A DNA stretch of 64,000 nt. Source: Cyclobacteriaceae bacterium. Its GTDB lineage: Bacteria; Bacteroidota; Bacteroidia; Cytophagales; Cyclobacteriaceae. Position numbers and translations under genes: made by a program. Location: positions 1,098 to 65,097 of the forward strand of contig CBDDGS010000037.1 in NCBI GenBank assembly GCA_965227935.1, in the 5' to 3' direction. Position 1 is the stretch's first letter. Every line of letters begins with the position of its first letter. Shown here piece by piece: positions 36,727 through 45,584 of the stretch. The notes beneath the pieces are model-generated. The model was not told the DNA's origin, did not search any database, and saw only the letters and a list, made by a program, of their open reading frames with translations.

Positions 36727-36796
36727 GGATTTATGATTTATGATTTCGGATGGGCGATCTTATGTAGTCCCATTTGAAATCTTCAATCTTAAATCC
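36727..36796. terminator. long AT-rich imperfect hairpin filling the OPT/MOSC convergent spacer
   Basis: 21-nt arms at 36727-36747 and 36776-36796 pair at 18 of 21 positions. The 5' arm is a 7-nt tandem (GATTTAT x2 + GATTTC). Confidence 0.4.
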
Positions 36797-37288
36797 TCAA
36801 TCTTCAATCAACCTGACTTCATCCCCAACCTGAATCGTTCCGCTCTTGACCACCTGTGCGGTGATCCCTCCATGTCCGCGCATGGCGTTGTAGCCTCCGG
36901 GACCGAGATTTTCCTCCATCCGAGAGCAGGGATGACACAGGCCAGTGCCGAGTAGCTCCACTTCTCCAATTTGAAAGTGCTGTCCTTTGAGTGCGAGGAG
37001 GTTGATGCCACTCACAACGATATTCCGACGAGTAAGACTGGGGTCAATGGCTTCCTTGTGCAGCATGCCTGCTACAGCCTGTAAGTGCTCTGACTGGATC
37101 AGGGTCACCTGACGCTTCTTGCTATGCTGGCCGCGAAAGTGATCTCCGACAAGACCTTCTTCCGCGTTCACGTCTACTTTCTCCACAGATTGAGGTGGCT
37201 CCCGACGCAGGGGACGGATGCTGATCCATTCTACGCTACCGACCTGCGGTATTCTCTTGAGTAGCTCTTTGATTGGCGCTTCTTCCAT
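36797..37288 (-). CDS. MOSC-domain protein
   Basis: 163 aa with the conserved-Cys motif GLCHPCSRME. It starts 6 nt downstream of the histidine kinase gene. Confidence 0.85.
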   Translation of the reverse strand: MEEAPIKELLKRIPQVGSVEWISIRPLRREPPQSVEKVDVNAEEGLVGDHFRGQHSKKRQVTLIQSEHLQAVAGMLHKEAIDPSLTRRNIVVSGINLLALKGQHFQIGEVELLGTGLCHPCSRMEENLGPGGYNAMRGHGGITAQVVKSGTIQVGDEVRLIED

Positions 37289-37294
37289 AGGTGA

Positions 37295-38644
37295 TTATTG
37301 TGGGAATACTAAGGTAAACGTGGTCGACTCGTTCGGGATGCTTTGCACCTCCAAATGGCCACCGTGAAGATTCATGATCTGGCGACAAAGACTCAATCCG
37401 ATCCCTGAGCCCTCGGGCTTAGTGGTGTAGAAGGGCACGAAGATCTTTTCTTTCCTGTTTTCCGGGATGCCAGGTCCATTGTCCTCAATGGCCAACGACA
37501 CGTGATGCTTCGTGGAATGCAGACGGAGGGACAGGTGAGGTGCTTCCGTACCATTCATGGCTTCGGCGGCATTTTTGATGAGGTTGACGATGACCTGCTC
37601 AATCAACGCCGGGTCGATATATGCAGTTGTTTGCACCAACTGTGTTGACCATTTGACGCCTTGCTTTGCCAGTTCCGTCTCCATGAGTCGTACCGTCTTT
37701 TCCACCAGTGACGACAGATCTGTTTCCTGCATCTCCGGTTTGGGGATACGCGTCAGCTTGCGGTATTGCTGGACGAATCTCAGGATCCCTTCCCCACGGC
37801 CCATGATCGTATCCAGCGAAAGGTGTATATCAGACATGTTCTCCGCCGAGAGTTCGTCGGGTTGCTTGATGTTTCCCGACTCATCTTCGAGCAGCATCTT
37901 CACTGTTTCAGCCAGCGATACGATGGGGGTGACAGAGTTCATGGTTTCATGGGTCAATATGCGGATAAGGCGATGCCATGCGTCGATCTCTTTCTGCCTG
38001 ATTTCTCCCCTGATGTCCTGGAAGGACACCAGGCGCATTTCCCTTTCAAATACCTTGATGATATTAATACTGATCGTGAAGTAGCGGTTGGTGTCGTCGA
38101 TTTGTGTTTCGACCAATTGATTCTGCGTCGCTGAAAGCGAGAGGAGTGTCTCCAGGAATTGCGTGTTGCGGTTTTGGAGGTTGCGCCACTTCGTGATCTT
38201 GGGGAGCCCAGTGAGGTCACAGGCTGTCTGGTTCATGATCTCAATGTTCCCCTGGTCATCAAAGACGATGATACCGAAGCGAATTTGGTTGATGAGCTCA
38301 TTGAGAAACTGGTTTTGGGCTTCACGCCCTGCCTGCAGAGACTGCAGCGTATCCACAAGATCGCCGAAGGACTTTTGAAGTCTTTGGAAAGGAGTCTTTT
38401 CGTTTTTTGGATAGTGCAGCTGGAAGTCACCATCCTTCACGCCCGCCAGAAAGCGAGTGAGCTCCTCGTTGGTCTTGTTGGTGAAGCGAGTCAATTCGAT
38501 GATTTGGAAGAGGATCACGCTACCGAGAATGATCTGGGTGAAGAAAAGCTCGGGACGTCCGAAGATCGAGCTCATCACCGCGATGGAGATGACCAGTAGG
38601 ATGCATCGTGCCAGGATCTGGAAAAAGAACCGATTAAAGACCAT
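37295..38644 (-). CDS. sensor histidine kinase (NtrB-like)
   Basis: Two N-terminal TM spans, a PAS-like region, an H-box (ILTHETMNSV), an N-box (VNLIKNAAEA), G1 (DNGPGI) and G2 (GSGIGL). Confidence 0.9.
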   Translation of the reverse strand: MVFNRFFFQILARCILLVISIAVMSSIFGRPELFFTQIILGSVILFQIIELTRFTNKTNEELTRFLAGVKDGDFQLHYPKNEKTPFQRLQKSFGDLVDTLQSLQAGREAQNQFLNELINQIRFGIIVFDDQGNIEIMNQTACDLTGLPKITKWRNLQNRNTQFLETLLSLSATQNQLVETQIDDTNRYFTISINIIKVFEREMRLVSFQDIRGEIRQKEIDAWHRLIRILTHETMNSVTPIVSLAETVKMLLEDESGNIKQPDELSAENMSDIHLSLDTIMGRGEGILRFVQQYRKLTRIPKPEMQETDLSSLVEKTVRLMETELAKQGVKWSTQLVQTTAYIDPALIEQVIVNLIKNAAEAMNGTEAPHLSLRLHSTKHHVSLAIEDNGPGIPENRKEKIFVPFYTTKPEGSGIGLSLCRQIMNLHGGHLEVQSIPNESTTFTLVFPQ

Positions 38645-39980
38645 ACTTTTCCAGTCGTCGGTACAGCGCCAGCCGGTCTATGCCGAGGTCTTTTGCTGCA
38701 TGGGTGATATTGCCTTTGTTTCGCTCCAGGGCCTTGAGGATCAATCGTTTTTCATGGTCCCTCAAGTCGAGTGATTCCTCGGTAGCGCCGGTTTCCAGGA
38801 GGTGAAAATCTGCCATCGTGACCAATGTCCCTTCGGCCATGATCACTGCCCGCTCGGTCGCATGGGCCAGTTCGCGAATGTTGCCTGGCCAAGGATAGCG
38901 CTGTAAGGCCTCCATGCATTCCTTCTCTAGTTTGAGATGTCGCTTCTTATATTGCTTCTTATGTTCCTGAAAATAATGCTGAACCAGCAGCGGGATGTCT
39001 TCCGTTCGCTCCCGCAAGGGTGGCATGCTGATCTCGATGGTGTTGATTCGGTATAGCAGGTCTTGCCGGAAAGTGCCATCACCCACGCGCTCGCGAAGAT
39101 CGCTGTTGGTTGCGGAGATCAGTCTCACATCGATGGGGACCGCCGTATTGGAGCCCACCCTCGTTATTTCCCTGTTTTGAAGCGCCGATAATAGTTTCGT
39201 CTGAAGGGGAAGTTCCAGATTGCCTATTTCGTCGAGGAAGAGCGTGCCTCCTTGTGCCATTTCAAACTTGCCGGCCTTGTCTTCCCGGGCATCGGTAAAG
39301 GCGCCCTTCTTATGACCGAAGAGCTCTGATTCGAAGAGGTTAGGACTCAGAGCACCTAAATCGATTTTGACAAAAGGCCCTTCTTTGCGTTCTGATTGCT
39401 GATGGATGGCTTTGGCGGCCACTTCCTTGCCGGTACCATTCTCACCCAAAAGCAGCACCGAGGCATCAGTAGCTGCCACTTTGCTGATGGTTTGTAGGAC
39501 TTGCTTGAATGCACGGGAGTCACCAATAATCTGTTCCTGAGCTCCCTGACTCTCGCCGTCATCGGTTTCCGGACTCTTTGTGGTCTTTTGTGATTCGACC
39601 ATCTTCATGGCGGTTTGTACCGCTGATAGCAGCTTATCGTTGGTCCACGGCTTGGTTATGAAGTCCCGAGCCCCGCGCCTCATGGCTTCCACGACCAGTT
39701 CCACTTCACCATAGGCTGTGATGGGGATCACCTCGGTAGAAGGGCTCAGTTGCAGTATCCTATCGAGGAGGGCTAGTCCTTCGAGACCGTCATCTTCTCC
39801 TTTAGTGAAGTTCATATCGAGAAGGACCAAATCGAAATCTACTTCGTTGAGGACGCTATCGAGATTGTTGGGTGAGGACAGGCCATGCACGTAAGAGAAC
39901 TTTTGCTTCAGAAACATGCGGGCCGTAGTCAGCACCGCTTCGTCGTCATCGATGATCAAAATGTTGGCGTTCTCCTTCAT
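38634..39980 (-). CDS. sigma-54-dependent response regulator (NtrC family)
   Basis: REC domain (LVLLDMNF), an AAA+ domain with GENGTGKE Walker A and a GAFTDA loop, and a C-terminal Fis-type HTH. Confidence 0.95.
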   Translation of the reverse strand: MKENANILIIDDDEAVLTTARMFLKQKFSYVHGLSSPNNLDSVLNEVDFDLVLLDMNFTKGEDDGLEGLALLDRILQLSPSTEVIPITAYGEVELVVEAMRRGARDFITKPWTNDKLLSAVQTAMKMVESQKTTKSPETDDGESQGAQEQIIGDSRAFKQVLQTISKVAATDASVLLLGENGTGKEVAAKAIHQQSERKEGPFVKIDLGALSPNLFESELFGHKKGAFTDAREDKAGKFEMAQGGTLFLDEIGNLELPLQTKLLSALQNREITRVGSNTAVPIDVRLISATNSDLRERVGDGTFRQDLLYRINTIEISMPPLRERTEDIPLLVQHYFQEHKKQYKKRHLKLEKECMEALQRYPWPGNIRELAHATERAVIMAEGTLVTMADFHLLETGATEESLDLRDHEKRLILKALERNKGNITHAAKDLGIDRLALYRRLEKYGL

Positions 39981-40105
39981 GCGTCTTCAAAAATCCTTTA
40001 ATCTGTATCAAAACCAAACAGCACCATGTACAAAATCATAGCAGTACGGGTGGCTAAGAATTTGAAAGGAATGCAACAGGCTGATTATTAGATGCTTGAG
40101 TCCTA

Positions 40106-40120
40106 TGGCATAGGATTGGT
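40106..40120 (+). promoter_or_regulatory. weaker sigma-54 -24/-12 candidate (TGGCATAGGATTGGT)
   Basis: Its first 8 nt are identical to the element at 31778-31764 and it has the same geometry (27 nt before the permease ATG). The -12 element is GT rather than GC. Confidence 0.4.
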
Positions 40121-40147
40121 ATACTATCGGACAATAACTTTAGGGAT

Positions 40148-42577
40148 ATGCTAAGAAATTATTTGCTGACTGCTTACCGCAACTTGCTTCGAAACAAGGT
40201 CTACGCTTCGCTGAACATACTGGGTTTGGCGCTGGGTATTGGCTGCTCCGTTGTCATTTTCAAAGTCATTCGCTACGAGTTGAGCTATGATAAGCACCAC
40301 TCCAACTATGAGCAAATCTATCGGGTCGTCAAGGAGGACATTCGTCCGGACCGTGTTGACCATGGGCAGGGTACACCACACCCACTGGGACCCGCGATCA
40401 AGGCAGACTTTCCAGAAGTGTTGGAGGTAACAAGGACTTTTCAGGCCGGCGGACAGATCACAACGCTCAAGGATGGTGCTATCGATAAGAAATTTCTTAC
40501 AGATGGGCCCGGTATTGTCTTTACAGAAAATGCCTTCTTCAAAATATTTGACTCAGAATGGCTGATTGGCAACAGGGAGGAGGCCCTCACAAATCCCAAT
40601 CGTGCGGTCATCACTGTATCAGCGGCGAAAAAGTTTTTCAATCTGGATCGAGATGAATTGGATGAGGCGGTTGGAAGAGTAATAGCCTTCGATAACAATA
40701 CGAAGTGCGAGATAGAAGGCATCATTGAGGATTATCCCGAGACGAGCAATTTTCCCTTTGACGTGTTCCTGGAATACTACAGCCAGGCGGAAGCCAATCC
40801 GTATTTTGAGGATGGTACCCGGTGGGGTAGCACAAGCTCGAATACCAATACCTACTTCCTCGCGCCGGCGAACTTCAATGTCGATGATATGGAGGCGAAG
40901 TTCATCCCCTTTGTGGATAAGCATCACGGGGAAAACTCTTCGGACCGTGAGCGGTATCACGTACAGCCGATGTCAGACCTCCACTATAGCAAGAGGTACC
41001 CCAACTATGTCGGAACGACTCCAATGGAAACACTTTACGCACTAGGAGTCATTGCCATGTTCCTGATTCTCACAGCATGTATCAATTTCGTCAATCTCGC
41101 GACCGCTCAGGCGGCCAACAGATCAAAGGAAATAGGTATTCGTAAGGCCGTCGGCGGGAGAAAGCGTCAAATTGTGTCGCAATTCTATCTTGAGATCTTT
41201 GTGATCACTTTCGTTGCTTGCGTGTTGTCACTGGCGATCGGGGAGATTCTGTTTCTCTATCTAGAGCAGATCATCAATACGCGGTTGTCCTTGTTCCCTT
41301 TGAACGATCTGGCGACGTGGATATTCATGATCAGTATGCTGGTGGGTGTGACGGCCTTGGCTGGGTTCTACCCGTCGGTTTTACTTTCAAAAATGAATAC
41401 CGTGATGGCGCTGAAAAACAAGATCACCGCCAAAAACCACTCCGGTGGATTGTCCTTGAGGAAGGGACTGGTAATCTTTCAGTTTGCCATATCTCAATTC
41501 ATGATCATCGGTACGTTGGTGATCACCGCGCAGATGAATTTCTTTCTCAATAAAGAACTAGGTTTCAACAGGGACGCTATCATCAGTAGCTATATCCCGG
41601 AACCAGACGAAGTCAAATTGGAGCGATTGCGAGAAGAGTTAATGACCTCTCCGAGTGTTGGCAATGTTGCCTTTGCCTTGGGGGGACCGACCGCCAATAG
41701 TGATTCCTACACCAACTTCAACTATGAGCCATTGAATTCGGAAGAGAGCTATCATGGCAATTTCAAGTGTGTGGACGAGAATTACATTGAGTTGTACGGC
41801 TTGGAGTTGTTGGCCGGCCGAGAGCTTCGCAGGGATGACAGCACGCACAATGTGTTGGTCAATCGCAAGGTGGCAGACCTCATGGGCTTCAAGGACGACT
41901 ATGCAAGTGTAGTCGGAGAGAAGGTCAGCAGCGGATGGGGTGGAGACAAGCAGATCATTGGGGTCCTTGAGAACTTCCATGCCAAACCATTGCAGGATGG
42001 TATGGACTATGTATTTATGATCAGGGATACACGCCTGTTTTACCAGGTCGGGATACAGATCAACGAGGGTAGCGACTTCCAGGCGGCCATCGAGCACTTT
42101 GAAAATTCCTGGGATAAGGTGTTTCCAGAGTACGTGATCAACTGGGAGTTTTATGATGAGCAGCTACGCAATAGGTATGATACAGAGCGCAGCACAGCGT
42201 CACTGATGAAGTTGTTTTCCATCATTGCGATCGTGATCGGTTGCCTCGGACTCTATGGGTTGATATCTTTCATCGCCATCAATAGAATGAAAGAGATAGG
42301 CATACGTAAGGTGCTAGGTGCAAGCATTGCCAACATCCTCGGTATCTTCAGTAAGGAGGTCGTACTGCTATTACTGATTGCATTTGTGCTGGCAGCACCC
42401 GGAGCGTTCTATCTGATGGGGCAGTGGCTTCAGGACTTTCAGTATAACATCACGATCAGCCCGATGTTCTTCCTCTGGGCATTCCTTGTATCACTGGGAA
42501 TTGCCCTGGCAACCATCAGTCATCGGACCGTTACATCCGCGCTGATCAACCCTGCGCGGACGCTAAAAGACGAATAG
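40148..42577 (+). CDS. double-FtsX (MacB-like) ABC-transporter permease paralogue, no ATPase domain
   Basis: 809 aa, N-terminal MLRNYLLTAYRNLLRNK, same architecture as 29316-31730. Confidence 0.9.
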   Translation: MLRNYLLTAYRNLLRNKVYASLNILGLALGIGCSVVIFKVIRYELSYDKHHSNYEQIYRVVKEDIRPDRVDHGQGTPHPLGPAIKADFPEVLEVTRTFQAGGQITTLKDGAIDKKFLTDGPGIVFTENAFFKIFDSEWLIGNREEALTNPNRAVITVSAAKKFFNLDRDELDEAVGRVIAFDNNTKCEIEGIIEDYPETSNFPFDVFLEYYSQAEANPYFEDGTRWGSTSSNTNTYFLAPANFNVDDMEAKFIPFVDKHHGENSSDRERYHVQPMSDLHYSKRYPNYVGTTPMETLYALGVIAMFLILTACINFVNLATAQAANRSKEIGIRKAVGGRKRQIVSQFYLEIFVITFVACVLSLAIGEILFLYLEQIINTRLSLFPLNDLATWIFMISMLVGVTALAGFYPSVLLSKMNTVMALKNKITAKNHSGGLSLRKGLVIFQFAISQFMIIGTLVITAQMNFFLNKELGFNRDAIISSYIPEPDEVKLERLREELMTSPSVGNVAFALGGPTANSDSYTNFNYEPLNSEESYHGNFKCVDENYIELYGLELLAGRELRRDDSTHNVLVNRKVADLMGFKDDYASVVGEKVSSGWGGDKQIIGVLENFHAKPLQDGMDYVFMIRDTRLFYQVGIQINEGSDFQAAIEHFENSWDKVFPEYVINWEFYDEQLRNRYDTERSTASLMKLFSIIAIVIGCLGLYGLISFIAINRMKEIGIRKVLGASIANILGIFSKEVVLLLLIAFVLAAPGAFYLMGQWLQDFQYNITISPMFFLWAFLVSLGIALATISHRTVTSALINPARTLKDE

Positions 42578-42609
42578 CCGAGGTCGGGCAGCCATGACCT
42601 GATTTTCTA

Positions 42610-42617
42610 TATATTTG
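42610..42617 (+). promoter_or_regulatory. putative sigma-A -7 box (TATATTTG)
   Basis: Exact TAnnTTTG match ending 19 nt before the NSS transporter ATG. Confidence 0.45.
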
Positions 42618-42636
42618 GCAGAAATCCAATGGAAGA

Positions 42637-44136
42637 ATGCCAAAAGTAGAATCGTTTAGCAATCGCTGGGGAATTGTCTTGGCAGCCCTGGGAATGGCGA
42701 TTGGAGCTGGGAACCTTTGGCGTTTTCCTCGACTGGCTGGCCAGTACGGAGGCACATTCATTGTCCTTTGGATCTTGTTCCTTTTCATTTGGTCGATACC
42801 CCTGCTGCTGTCGGAGTTTGCCATAGGCAAAAAGTACCGGCGCGGAGTTATCGGCTCTTTCTCCAGCCTCGCAGGGGAGCGGTACAGTTGGATGGGTTTT
42901 TTCATCACCATTTGTACCCTCGGCATCGCATTTTACTACTCCGTGGTCACCGCGTGGTCACTGCAATATTTGCGGATTTCGGTTTTAAATATTTTCTCCG
43001 AAAAATCGTTGGCTACCCGACTGCAAGAGAACCCGGGCCTTATGGATTCCCAGTGGGATGGCGTAGCCAATGCAAGTCCTATCACAATCGGCCTGTACAT
43101 TCTCGTGGTTCTGGCAGGTGTCCTCTTGTTGAAGAGGGGGATCAAACGCGGACTTGAGGCGGCCAATCGGATTCTTATTCCGACGCTATTTTTCCTGATC
43201 ATTGTGATCGCCATTATTGCCCTCTCGATGCCGAAGGGCGTAGAGGGTTTGTCCTATATGTTCACCATCAAGTGGGAGTTGTTTGGGGATGCGAAGATTT
43301 GGATCGAAGCCCTCTCGCAGTCGGCCTGGTCTACGGGAGCGGGCTGGGGACTGATGATGACGCTGTCGTCCTTCAGTCGTGAGAAGGAAGATGTGACGCT
43401 CAATACGTTCATTGGTGCTTTTGGCAACAACACGGCATCGCTCCTGGCGGGCATGGCGATATTGCCGGCCGTATTTGCGCTGTCGGCATCTGGAGAGGAG
43501 GCCTTGTCGTACCTGCAAGCCGGGAATCAGGCGCTGACATTCACGATCATACCCCGATTGTTCAGCACGTTCGGTGGTGGAGCATACCTGTCGGTATTTT
43601 TCTTTCTGGCCCTGTTCTTTGCGGCTTTCAGTTCTTTACTTCCCATGATAGAGCTGTTCATTAGCAACCTCTCCAATATGGGAGTGAAGAAAAAGCATTT
43701 GGCGCCCATAGTGGCGGCAGCATTCATTGTGATAGGATTTCCATCCGCTTATAGCCTTGACTTCTTCAACAACCAGGATTGGGTCTGGGGCGTCGGGTTG
43801 ATACTTTCCGGGTTGTTCATCCTATTTGCTGTGTTGAAATACGGCCCCGCCAAATTCAAAGAGGACTTTATCGATGGGGACTCAGATTTCAAGGTCAACG
43901 TCAACTACTTCTCGTGGACGACGAAGGTCAATTTATTTGTGGCCGCATTTCTCATTTACTGGTGGCTCTCACAGGGATACAGTGATTACCCGTGGTTTGA
44001 TGCGAACGGCAATTGGAATGTCCTTGATGTATTTAGCAATGCTTCGGTCATCACCCAATGGGTTGCGGTCATAATTATCGGACTGATCCTCAACCGATGG
44101 CTTTATAGGACCTTTGTTGACAGCTCTTTAAAATAA
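42637..44136 (+). CDS. sodium-dependent transporter, NSS/SNF family
   Basis: GMAIGAGNLWRFP signature and about 12 TM spans. Confidence 0.9.
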   Translation: MPKVESFSNRWGIVLAALGMAIGAGNLWRFPRLAGQYGGTFIVLWILFLFIWSIPLLLSEFAIGKKYRRGVIGSFSSLAGERYSWMGFFITICTLGIAFYYSVVTAWSLQYLRISVLNIFSEKSLATRLQENPGLMDSQWDGVANASPITIGLYILVVLAGVLLLKRGIKRGLEAANRILIPTLFFLIIVIAIIALSMPKGVEGLSYMFTIKWELFGDAKIWIEALSQSAWSTGAGWGLMMTLSSFSREKEDVTLNTFIGAFGNNTASLLAGMAILPAVFALSASGEEALSYLQAGNQALTFTIIPRLFSTFGGGAYLSVFFFLALFFAAFSSLLPMIELFISNLSNMGVKKKHLAPIVAAAFIVIGFPSAYSLDFFNNQDWVWGVGLILSGLFILFAVLKYGPAKFKEDFIDGDSDFKVNVNYFSWTTKVNLFVAAFLIYWWLSQGYSDYPWFDANGNWNVLDVFSNASVITQWVAVIIIGLILNRWLYRTFVDSSLK

Positions 44137-44142
44137 CCTGCC

Positions 44143-44262
44143 ATGGAAATTGGTACATTGATTAGCATGTTAGTCATCTTGTTTGTGGTCATCGGCGGCT
44201 TTGTGTATTTCCTGCTCAAGGCTATTCGAAACGAACGAACAAAAGCGAAACTCAACGATTGA
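44143..44262 (+). CDS. 39-aa single-TM peptide, candidate NSS small subunit (MetS-like)
   Basis: My own translation, because the ORF is below the track threshold: MEIGTLISMLVILFVVIGGFVYFLLKAIRNERTKAKLND. It starts 6 nt after the NSS stop and its own stop abuts the next ATG. Confidence 0.5.
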   Translation: MEIGTLISMLVILFVVIGGFVYFLLKAIRNERTKAKLND

Positions 44263-44736
44263 ATGGATAAAATAGACGCACTAAACCAGGTGGCGGCATT
44301 TCACCGAACTTTTCAGCACCCTGTACTGGACAAACCTCAAATACCCTCAGCGAAGCGCTGTGCATTGCGTGTGGAGCTTCTCCAGGAAGAACTGAAGGAA
44401 TTGGAAGATGCGATCAGGGATGGAGACATGGTGGAGGTAGCCGACGCGCTCTGTGATATTCAGTATGTGCTCTCCGGCGCCGTGTTGGAGTTTGGTCTTG
44501 GAGAGAAGTTTGTTGAGTTGTTCAATGAAGTGCAACGCTCCAATATGAGTAAGGCGTGCAAAACCAGAGAGGAAGCCGAACAGACTGTAGCTTACTACTC
44601 TAAAGAACGAGATACGCCATGCTTCTATGAGGAGGTAGACGGTCTTTTTCTAGTGTACCGGAGTAGCGATCATAAGACGTTGAAGTCCGTCAACTACTCG
44701 CCGGCAGATTTGCCAAGCATCTTGAACAAGCCTTAA
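44263..44736 (+). CDS. MazG-like nucleoside-triphosphate pyrophosphohydrolase family protein
   Basis: EExxE .. ExxD helical motif (LQEELKELEDA .. EVADALCDIQY), 157 aa. Confidence 0.8.
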   Translation: MDKIDALNQVAAFHRTFQHPVLDKPQIPSAKRCALRVELLQEELKELEDAIRDGDMVEVADALCDIQYVLSGAVLEFGLGEKFVELFNEVQRSNMSKACKTREEAEQTVAYYSKERDTPCFYEEVDGLFLVYRSSDHKTLKSVNYSPADLPSILNKP

Positions 44737-44910
44737 AAAGGCGTGTAGATGCTTAGGGAGTGGAAATTCTGAATGAGCAACTTCTTAAAAATGCTGTGTT
44801 CTTCTGTTATAAAAAATGACATGAACAAAACATACACAGTGAAAAGAAGCACTGTTTTGCTCCAGTTCCTTTTTAACTTCATTTTGTCTCGGGCGGTTAA
44901 AAATGAAAAA

Positions 44911-44936
44911 TAGCTAATAACACCTGATATTAGCTA
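44911..44936. terminator. hairpin TAGCTAATA-N8-TATTAGCTA in AT-rich convergent spacer
   Basis: 9-bp perfect stem between the MazG-like gene (+) and the acidic protein gene (-). There is no strong U-tract. Confidence 0.3.
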
Positions 44937-44994
44937 TCAATCTTCAAATGTAAACTATTTCTTAGGAAAATAGCAATACCCGAAAATGGGGAAT

Positions 44995-45468
44995 TTATCT
45001 CACCTGTTCGAGGTATACGTCTGCGTCGTCATCGCCGTCGTAGCTTTCGTCCAACACGAGTACGCCACCATCATAGATCCAATAGCTGGGACCATCTGAA
45101 TCGAAATGGTCACTTTCGTCTATCACCAGCTCTCCGCGACGGTTGATTTCCCAGAATACGTAGTCTTCATCTTCTGAACCAAATGCGTCGACATAGACGC
45201 GCACTTCGTTGTTTTCGTAGAAGTCAAAGTAGACGTCGATGTTTTCGATAATACCTTCGACAATGCCTGAAACACCTCTGAGGATCATTTCGCCCAGGAC
45301 GTTGTCTTCTTCTTCAAGCTCTTCTTCTGCCTCTTCCAGAGCTCGCTCGATGTCAATGCGCATCTTCCAGCTGGTACCCACCAAATCCTTTTCGCGTAGT
45401 TTTTGGGCTTCTGCGGTGAATGTTGCCAGGAGGAGAGCAAGGCAAATCGCTATGGGTAATTGTTTCAT
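44995..45468 (-). CDS. secreted acidic hypothetical protein, 157 aa
   Basis: Signal peptide MKQLPIAICLALLLATFTAEAQ followed by a Glu/Asp-rich body. Confidence 0.65.
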   Translation of the reverse strand: MKQLPIAICLALLLATFTAEAQKLREKDLVGTSWKMRIDIERALEEAEEELEEEDNVLGEMILRGVSGIVEGIIENIDVYFDFYENNEVRVYVDAFGSEDEDYVFWEINRRGELVIDESDHFDSDGPSYWIYDGGVLVLDESYDGDDDADVYLEQVR

Positions 45469-45557
45469 CTTGAGTATTATTTGGTATTACAAGGTACTGT
45501 TATATGGATGATACTCTTTTTGCCACAAAAGGTTACAAGGACGATCCATTACTTTTT

Positions 45558-45565
45558 TATTTTTG
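45558..45565 (+). promoter_or_regulatory. putative sigma-A -7 box (TATTTTTG)
   Basis: Exact TAnnTTTG match ending 19 nt before the ffh ATG. Confidence 0.45.
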
Positions 45566-45584
45566 CCGTCTTAATCTATGAAGC

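Noticed and set aside
40051-40065. Second sigma-54-like string TGGCTAAGAATTTGA upstream of permease 2
   Set aside because: The spacing is correct, but both the -24 (TGGCTA) and -12 (TTGA) elements are degenerate. It lies 83 nt from the ATG. The 40106-40120 element matches the paralogue's promoter better.
44773-44913. 46-aa ORF in the AT-rich spacer after the MazG-like gene
   Set aside because: AT-rich low-complexity sequence with no start context or motif. It is probably non-coding.
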